64,000 nucleotides of DNA from Planctomycetota bacterium (GTDB taxonomy: Bacteria; Planctomycetota; PLA2; JAEUHO01). The notes under the pieces are model-generated. The model was not told the DNA's origin, made no database searches, and saw nothing but the letters and a program-made list of their open reading frames with translations. The stretch is taken from the NCBI GenBank assembly GCA_965223505.1, contig CBDCWP010000021.1, positions 224,001 to 288,000 of the forward strand. Direction: 5' to 3'. Position 1 is the stretch's first letter. Each line of letters begins with the position of its first letter. The position numbers and the translations under genes are program-made. Shown here piece by piece: positions 57,845 through 64,000 of this stretch.

Positions 57845-59656
57845 ATGGCACGGGCCATTGGCCTCGATATCGGCGCACGATCGATCAAGGTCGTCGAGCT
57901 GGCAGGCAGTGCCAAGGCGCCGAAGATCCAGCGCCTCGCCGTTCGAGAGATCCCGCCGCCGCTGCCGCCCGAAGAGCGGCCGGACGCCGACGAGAACCCG
58001 TACGACCCGGACACGGTCGTCGTCGAGCTGATCAACGAGATGTTCGCGTCGCTGCAGCTCCCGAAGGACGACGTCTGCGCCGCGTTCGACTCCGGCGTGA
58101 CGATGATCCGCGAGATCACGGTCCCGTTCTTCGAAGACGATCAGATCCGCAAGGTCGTCAAGTTCGAGGCCGAGAACCACCTGCACAGCCACGCCATCGA
58201 AGACGTGGTCGTGAACTGGATCAAGACCGGCGAGACGCGTGACGGCAGCCGCCTGACGATCTTCGCCTCGCCGAAGGTCGACCTCGCGCGGCGCATCTCC
58301 ATCCTGCGCCGCGCCGGCATCGAGCCGGCATCCGTCGATCTCGACTCGACGGCGCTCTTCACGGCCCTCGAGTCGGCCGGCGTCTTCGAAGAGAACCCCA
58401 ACGTCGTGGTCATCGACATCGGCGCGCACTCGACGAACTTGATTCTCGTCGTCGACGGCAAGCCGCGCGTGCTGCGATCGTTCCTGCTCGGTACGGCCGC
58501 GCTCGAGTCCGAGGTCGTCGCCGAGCTCGGCGTGTCGGCCGAAGAAGGGCGCCGACGCGTCCTCACCAGCGGTGCGCCGCAGTCGGACGACCTCTTCGTG
58601 CCGGCGTCGCAGCTTCCGACCGCCGCCGGCGATGATGAAGAGGCCGAGAGCGAGAAGAGCCTCGTACAGATTCAGACGGACGTCGTCGGTGAACGCCGGC
58701 TGGCGTTCATGCGCAAGCTGCAACGCGAGGCGAACCGTTCGATTGCCCCGGTGCAGACGGACACGCCGCCGGAGAAGATCATCCTGCTCGGCGGCGGGGC
58801 GCTGGTTCCCGAGTGCGCCGAGTTCCTCGGCGACCGTCTCGAGCTTCCCGTCGAGCGCATGAACCTGCTCGACCGTGTCCCGTGCAAGGACGCGGGCCCG
58901 GATCCGCAGTACGCCGGTGCGGCGATCGGCCCGGCCATCGGCTGCGGCCTGCGCATGATGGGCCGCACGGGCCTGGGCGTGGAGCTGCTGCAGGACGAGT
59001 TCTCACCGAAGAACACGTTCGACGTGATTCGCATCGCGATGACGACGGCCGTCACGCTCCTGTTCCTGATCGTGCTCGGCGTTACCTTCGTCGAGAAGCA
59101 GAAGTTCCAGGCGGAGCAGCGCACGTACAACAACTGGCTCTTCGCCGCGAAGCAGATCTTCTACAAGGTCGAGCCCGCGTACCTACGCGAAGTGGAGAAC
59201 AAGGACGAGAAGGCGGCGCAGAAGGCGGCCGAGCGCTGGCTGCGCGCGCAACCCAAGGACCACACGCAGATCAACCGGATCCGCAACCGCCTGCGCAAGC
59301 GCCACAGCGACCTCCAGGTCGACCTCGGCTTGGCGAAGAACATCCCCAAGCTCCCGAGCGCGACGAAGGTGATGCTCGAGATCTACAAGGCGCTGTCGGC
59401 CAAGCCGCGGGAGTCGCTGGGCGGGTTCTTCCAGATCCAGAAGATGCACATTCGCGAGCGCAACATGTCGATGACGCTGATCATGGACGACCCGCGCACG
59501 TCGGACACGGTTCGCGACCTGCTCCAAGCGAACGAGTACCTGCGGTCACGCGCTTCGGACGCGTCGAACGTCGTGGAGATCGGTTCGCAGCAGAGGTTGA
59601 GGCAAGAGAATCTCTATCGCCAAGAGATCTCGATGAAGTTCAAGGACGAAGAATAA
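57845..59656 (+). CDS. pilM: PilM-like actin-fold protein fused to TM plus PilN/GspL-like periplasmic domain
   Basis: IGLDIGARSIKVVEL, VIDIGAHST, LLGGGA, AIGCGLR, then TM and periplasmic domain. Confidence 0.85.
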   Translation: MARAIGLDIGARSIKVVELAGSAKAPKIQRLAVREIPPPLPPEERPDADENPYDPDTVVVELINEMFASLQLPKDDVCAAFDSGVTMIREITVPFFEDDQIRKVVKFEAENHLHSHAIEDVVVNWIKTGETRDGSRLTIFASPKVDLARRISILRRAGIEPASVDLDSTALFTALESAGVFEENPNVVVIDIGAHSTNLILVVDGKPRVLRSFLLGTAALESEVVAELGVSAEEGRRRVLTSGAPQSDDLFVPASQLPTAAGDDEEAESEKSLVQIQTDVVGERRLAFMRKLQREANRSIAPVQTDTPPEKIILLGGGALVPECAEFLGDRLELPVERMNLLDRVPCKDAGPDPQYAGAAIGPAIGCGLRMMGRTGLGVELLQDEFSPKNTFDVIRIAMTTAVTLLFLIVLGVTFVEKQKFQAEQRTYNNWLFAAKQIFYKVEPAYLREVENKDEKAAQKAAERWLRAQPKDHTQINRIRNRLRKRHSDLQVDLGLAKNIPKLPSATKVMLEIYKALSAKPRESLGGFFQIQKMHIRERNMSMTLIMDDPRTSDTVRDLLQANEYLRSRASDASNVVEIGSQQRLRQENLYRQEISMKFKDEE

Positions 59657-60237
59657 TGGCCAAGGGTCCCAAACAAGAGGGCGACTGGCTCAAGTACTAC
59701 TGCATCGTCTTCGGTCTGTTGATCGTCGTGGTGGGCGTTCTGTACTTCAAGATCAAGGGCGAGCGCGCGGAATACGAGAAGGCGAACTCGCTGGCCAAGC
59801 AGTTCCTGACCACTCCGAAGACGGATCGCGACGGACGGCCGACGGACATTCCGAACCTCGCGCTCGAGATCAAGCAGTTCGTCGACGCGTACCAAGGCGC
59901 CGTCGGCGGTGACACGAGCGGATCGATCTCGACGACGGTCGTGGATCGCGCCGCGACGAAGGCCAACATGACCGGCCTGGGCGCAGGGAGCGAGCGCCGC
60001 GATCCCAATCTTTCCAAGGGATACGAGACGATCTCGCGCGACTTCACGTACAAGCCCGCCGACCTCGAGCGCTTGATCAAGCTCATGTACAACATCGAGG
60101 TACGCAGGTATCGCGTCTACGACGTGCGCTGGCAACTCGCCGAAGAGAAGCTGCAGACGCCGGCGCCGAAGAACAAGATCATCAAGTCCGTGATCAAGGT
60201 CGGGTTCCGAAAGCCGCTCGCGAAGGAACGCAACTAG
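59656..60237 (+). CDS. PilO/GspM-like bitopic membrane protein
   Basis: ATG 59656 (TAATG overlap); N-terminal TM, coiled segment, DLERLIKLMYNIE. Confidence 0.65.
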   Translation: MAKGPKQEGDWLKYYCIVFGLLIVVVGVLYFKIKGERAEYEKANSLAKQFLTTPKTDRDGRPTDIPNLALEIKQFVDAYQGAVGGDTSGSISTTVVDRAATKANMTGLGAGSERRDPNLSKGYETISRDFTYKPADLERLIKLMYNIEVRRYRVYDVRWQLAEEKLQTPAPKNKIIKSVIKVGFRKPLAKERN

Positions 60238-60247
60238 CTCGTTCCGC

Positions 60248-60315
60248 GTAGGGGCAGCCCTTGTGGCTGCCCAACAAGCGACGCCCCCGCTATGCGACCA
60301 CGAAGGTCGCCCTAT
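60248..60315. repeat. GTAG-type REP doublet between convergent genes
   Basis: GTAGGGGCAGCCCTTGTGGCTGCCC ... GCGACCACGAAGGTCGCCCTAT; overlaps the carB stop. Confidence 0.85.
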
Positions 60316-63300
60316 GCGGACGCCGGCGCGTGCAGCTCGGCGAGGTAGTCCTGCACGGGACGCGCCGTAACGGTCTCGGCGCGGTACGCCTCGAGGGCGC
60401 TGACCAGCGCACGCGCGCCGGACATGGTCGTAATGCACGGAATGTTGCGCACTGCCGCCACGCCGCGGATGCGACCCTCGTCGGTGCGCGCGCCGCGACC
60501 GCTCGGCGTGTTCACGATGAGCTGCACCTCGCGGTTCTTCACGATGTCCAACACGTTGGGACGCGCGCCGTCGGCGATCTTGTACACCATCTCGCAAGGG
60601 ACGCCCGACCTCGTCAGCAGCTTGTGCGTGCCCGACGTCGAGACGATCTGATACCCCAGCGCCGCGATCCGGCGCGCGATCTCGATCACGGTGCGCTTGT
60701 CGGCGTCTTTGACGGAGACGAAGACCTTGCCCTCGCGCGGCAGCTGCAGAAACGCGCCGAGCTTTGCCTTCGCGAACGCGACGCCGAGATCCGGGTCGAT
60801 GCCCATCACCTCGCCCGTGCTGCGCATCTCCGGGCCGAGGATGATGTCCGTGCCGGGGAAACGGTTGAACGGGAAGACCGGCTCCTTGACGGAGTAGTAC
60901 GGCGGGATGACCTCGTCCGGCACTTCCAGCTCGTCGAGCGTCTCCCCCGCCATCACCCGCGCCGCGTGCCGGGCGAGCGGCACGCCGGTCGCCTTCGAGA
61001 CGAAGGGCACCGTGCGGCTTGCGCGCGGGTTCACCTCGATGAGGTACAGCATGTCGTCCTTGACCGCGTACTGCACGTTCATCAGCCCGCGGACGTCGAG
61101 CGCCTTGGCGAGCTTGCGCGTCGAGGAGCGGATCTCGTCGAGCACGTGGTCGCGCAACGAGTTCGTCGGGAGGGTGCACGTCGAGTCGCCCGAGTGCACG
61201 CCGCACTCCTCGATGTGCTCCATGATCCCGCCGATCACGCACCGCGTGCCGTCGAAGATGGCGTCCACGTCGACCTCGATCGCGTCCTCGAGGAACTTGT
61301 CGACGAGAATCGGCTTCTCCGGCGAGGCCTCCGCCGCCTCTTCGATGTAGCGCCTGAGCGTCTCGTCGTCGTAGACGATCTCCATGGCGCGGCCGCCCAG
61401 CACGAAGGACGGGCGGACGAGCACGGGGTAGCCGATCCGGTGCGCGACCGTCACGGCCTCCTCGTACGACGTGGCCGTGCCGTTCTCGGTCTGCCGCAGA
61501 CCGCAATCCTCGACCAAATCCTTGAACTGCCCACGATCGTCGGCGAGATCGATCGAATCGGGCGACGTGCCGATGATCGGCGCGCCGGCCTGCTCGAGCG
61601 TGCGCGCCAGGTTCAACGGCGTCTGGCCGCCGTACTGGACGATGACACCGTTGGCCCCCGTGCGCTCGATGACGTCGAGTACGTGCTCGACCGTCAGCGG
61701 CTCGAAGAAGAGCACGTCGCTCGTGTCGTAGTCCGTCGAGACGGTCTCGGGATTCGAGTTGACCATGACCGTCTCGTAGCCGGCGTCGCGCAAGGCGAAG
61801 GCCGCCTGGACGCAGCAGTAGTCGAACTCGATGCCCTGACCGATTCGGTTCGGGCCGCCGCCCAGGATGACGATGCGCTCCCTCTTCGCTTCCCGCAGCT
61901 CGTCCTCCTCGTCGTACGAGGAGTAGTAGTAGGGCGTTGCCGCCTCGAACTCGCCCGCGCAGGTGTCGACGAGCTTGTAGACAGGCTTGATCCCGCGCCC
62001 GGCACGGTGCGCCCGCACCTCGAGCTCGGGCAGGTTGAAGATCGTGCCGATCTGATGGTCGGAGAAGCCGTCCTGCTTGGCACGGTACAGGAGCTCGTCG
62101 GGGACCGCCGCGAGCGTGTTGAACGCGCGCAGCTCGTTCTCTCGCTCGATGAGCAGCCGCATCTGCTCCAGGAACCACGGATCCACGCCCGTGTGCTCGT
62201 AGAGGCGATCGATCTCCCAGCCGGTTCGCAGCGCGTCGCGGATGCGGAAGATCCGGTTGGGGCCCGGATTCTGGATCCGCCGTCGCAACTCCTCTTTGTC
62301 CGCGAGCGTTTCGGCCTGCTCCTTCGCGTCGCAGCCGAACCCGAACCGGCCGGTCTCGAGGCTGCGCAGCGCCTTCTGCAGGCTCTCGCGGAACGTGCGG
62401 CCGATCGCCATGCCCTCGCCGACGCTCTTCATCTGCGTCGTGAGCACGGCCGGCGTTTCGGGGAACTTCTCGAAGTTGAAGCGCGGCACCTTCGTGACGA
62501 CGTAGTCGATCGTCGGCTCGAAGCAGGCGCGCGTCTTCTTCGTGATGTCGTTCGCGAGCTCGTCGAGCGTGTAGCCGACCGCGAGCTTCGCCGCGATCTT
62601 CGCGATGGCGAACCCGGTCGCCTTGCTGGCGAGCGCCGACGAACGGGACACGCGCGGGTTCATCTCGATCACGACCTGCCGGCCGGTCTCCGGATCGACG
62701 GCGAACTGGATGTTGCTGCCGCCGGTCTCGACGCCGATCTCCCGGATGACGCGAATGGCGGCGTCGCGCATCAGCTGGTACTCGCGGTCCGTCAACGTCT
62801 GCGCCGGCGCAACGGTGATCGAGTCGCCGGTGTGAACACCCATCGGATCGATGTTCTCGATGCTGCAGATGATGACGACGTTGTCGGCGAGGTCGCGCAT
62901 GACCTCGAGCTCGAACTCCTTCCAACCGACGACGCTCTCCTCGATGAGGATCTCGTTGACCGGCGAAAGGTCGAGGCCGCGCCGGCAGATGTCGTGAAAC
63001 TCGTCCACATTCCACGCGATGCCGCCGCCCGTGCCGCCCAGCGTGAACGACGGCCGGATGACGCACGGCAGGCCAATGTCCTCCTTGGCCGCCAGTGCGG
63101 CTTCGAACGACGTGACCGTAACGCTGCGCGGCAGATCGAGGCCGATCTTCAGCATGGCCGTGCGGAACTCTTCGCGGTTCTCCGCCTTGTGGATGACGTC
63201 GGGGCGCGCGCCGAGCATCGTCACGCCGTACTTCTCGAGCACGCCCTTTTCGTGGAGCTCGATGGCGACGTTCAGTCCCGTCTGCCCGCCCATGGTCGGC

Positions 63301-63560
63301 AGGAGCGCGTCGGGACGTTCTTCGGCGATGACGCGCTCGACGACCTCGGCGGTGACCGGCTCGATGTAGGTGCGGTCCGCGGTCTCGGGATCCGTCATGA
63401 TCGTGGCGGGGTTGCTGTTGACGAGGAGGACCTCGTAGCCCTCTTCGCGCAGCGCCTTGCAGGCTTGCGTTCCGGAGTAGTCGAACTCCGCCGCCTGACC
63501 GATGACGATGGGGCCCGAACCGAGAATCAGAATCCGGTGGATGTCGTCTCGACGGGGCAT
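60312..63560 (-). CDS. carB: Carbamoyl-phosphate synthase large subunit
   Basis: [17 protein letters not shown], two ATP-grasp halves, C-terminal MGS domain. Confidence 0.99.
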   Translation of the reverse strand: MPRRDDIHRILILGSGPIVIGQAAEFDYSGTQACKALREEGYEVLLVNSNPATIMTDPETADRTYIEPVTAEVVERVIAEERPDALLPTMGGQTGLNVAIELHEKGVLEKYGVTMLGARPDVIHKAENREEFRTAMLKIGLDLPRSVTVTSFEAALAAKEDIGLPCVIRPSFTLGGTGGGIAWNVDEFHDICRRGLDLSPVNEILIEESVVGWKEFELEVMRDLADNVVIICSIENIDPMGVHTGDSITVAPAQTLTDREYQLMRDAAIRVIREIGVETGGSNIQFAVDPETGRQVVIEMNPRVSRSSALASKATGFAIAKIAAKLAVGYTLDELANDITKKTRACFEPTIDYVVTKVPRFNFEKFPETPAVLTTQMKSVGEGMAIGRTFRESLQKALRSLETGRFGFGCDAKEQAETLADKEELRRRIQNPGPNRIFRIRDALRTGWEIDRLYEHTGVDPWFLEQMRLLIERENELRAFNTLAAVPDELLYRAKQDGFSDHQIGTIFNLPELEVRAHRAGRGIKPVYKLVDTCAGEFEAATPYYYSSYDEEDELREAKRERIVILGGGPNRIGQGIEFDYCCVQAAFALRDAGYETVMVNSNPETVSTDYDTSDVLFFEPLTVEHVLDVIERTGANGVIVQYGGQTPLNLARTLEQAGAPIIGTSPDSIDLADDRGQFKDLVEDCGLRQTENGTATSYEEAVTVAHRIGYPVLVRPSFVLGGRAMEIVYDDETLRRYIEEAAEASPEKPILVDKFLEDAIEVDVDAIFDGTRCVIGGIMEHIEECGVHSGDSTCTLPTNSLRDHVLDEIRSSTRKLAKALDVRGLMNVQYAVKDDMLYLIEVNPRASRTVPFVSKATGVPLARHAARVMAGETLDELEVPDEVIPPYYSVKEPVFPFNRFPGTDIILGPEMRSTGEVMGIDPDLGVAFAKAKLGAFLQLPREGKVFVSVKDADKRTVIEIARRIAALGYQIVSTSGTHKLLTRSGVPCEMVYKIADGARPNVLDIVKNREVQLIVNTPSGRGARTDEGRIRGVAAVRNIPCITTMSGARALVSALEAYRAETVTARPVQDYLAELHAPASA

Positions 63561-63690
63561 CGCGGGCAGAAGATACCGGAGCCCTCCACCGCCCCGAAGG
63601 CGTACCGCACCGGAGGGTGCCGCAATTCGCTGCCGCGCGCGACGGCGGCCGGGTGGTGGGATTCCGGGGCGGCGCCTAGGATGGCCGCGG

Positions 63691-64000
63691 ATGCCCTGGG
63701 CGCGCCATCGCTATCGCAAGAACAAGGTGTGGATCCGCGTGGACGACGCGGGCCGGCCGGTCCTCGACGACCGCGGCCTGGCCGCGCTGCGCTACAAGGT
63801 CGACGACGACCGCACCTACACGGTTCGGACCGACGAGCTCCGGGTGCTGGCGGAGCCGGAGCCGGTCGCGCCGGACCCCGATCCGCCCCCTCAGGCGCCC
63901 GACGACGACGCGATCCACATCTACACCGACGGCGCGTCTTCGGGGAACCCGGGGCCGTCGGGCATCGGCGTCGTGCTGCTTTGGCACGGCAAGCGCCGCG
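63691..64000 (+). CDS. rnhA: Ribonuclease HI with N-terminal extra domain (runs off the right edge)
   Basis: Manual translation [19 protein letters not shown]...[22 protein letters not shown]; not in the ORF track. Confidence 0.88.
   Translation, partial: MPWARHRYRKNKVWIRVDDAGRPVLDDRGLAALRYKVDDDRTYTVRTDELRVLAEPEPVAPDPDPPPQAPDDDAIHIYTDGASSGNPGPSGIGVVLLWHGKRR

Noticed and set aside
483..60315. CRISPR array
   Set aside because: The palindromic 25-mers occur as dispersed inverted pairs, not regularly spaced direct repeats, and no cas genes are present.
59614..63066. 1150-aa ORF, and similar long ORFs at 15932..18964, 38654..41212, 50633..53227, 6144..8279 and 23233..25491
   Set aside because: Alternate-frame or antisense shadows of well-supported genes, expected in high-GC DNA; no recognisable motifs.

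Overview
Gene-dense, very GC-rich bacterial chromosome segment. Gene content (TPR-extended alpha-2-macroglobulin, exported HEAT and thioredoxin-fold proteins, a TPWDYCC lipoprotein beside a two-permease ABC exporter) suggests an uncultured Planctomycetota-like lineage; this is inference only. It holds about 50 CDS. Housekeeping genes are the rpsD end, trxA, metG, trpS, pfkA, psd, gltX, thiD, purB, aceE, carB and the rnhA start. Envelope and protease functions include an S9 peptidase, a 4-PDZ HtrA plus a pseudo-protease, a metzincin lipoprotein and the macroglobulin. There is also a TolC/MFP/ABC export operon flanked by Cys-rich proteins, a DUF1284-ECF sigma-anti-sigma operon and a pilM/N-pilO-like pair. 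I saw no tRNA, rRNA, CRISPR array, transposase or phage genes. The top finding, missed by the ORF track, is a probable exported selenoprotein (54556-53396, minus): signal peptide, thioredoxin fold with an in-frame UGA in a U-P-H-C motif, a SECIS-like hairpin 18 nt downstream, and HEAT-like repeats. Upstream of it is a candidate three-hairpin sRNA with a C-rich loop. Other highlights: GTAG-type REP doublets that often supply stop codons; a 147-bp REP-containing direct repeat bracketing an orphan gene; an exact in-frame 258-bp duplication of the S9 peptidase catalytic C-terminus abutting that REP; and TAnnnT boxes 6-9 nt before at least 11 start codons, pointing to widespread leaderless mRNAs. 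All calls come from reading motifs by eye; no searches were run.
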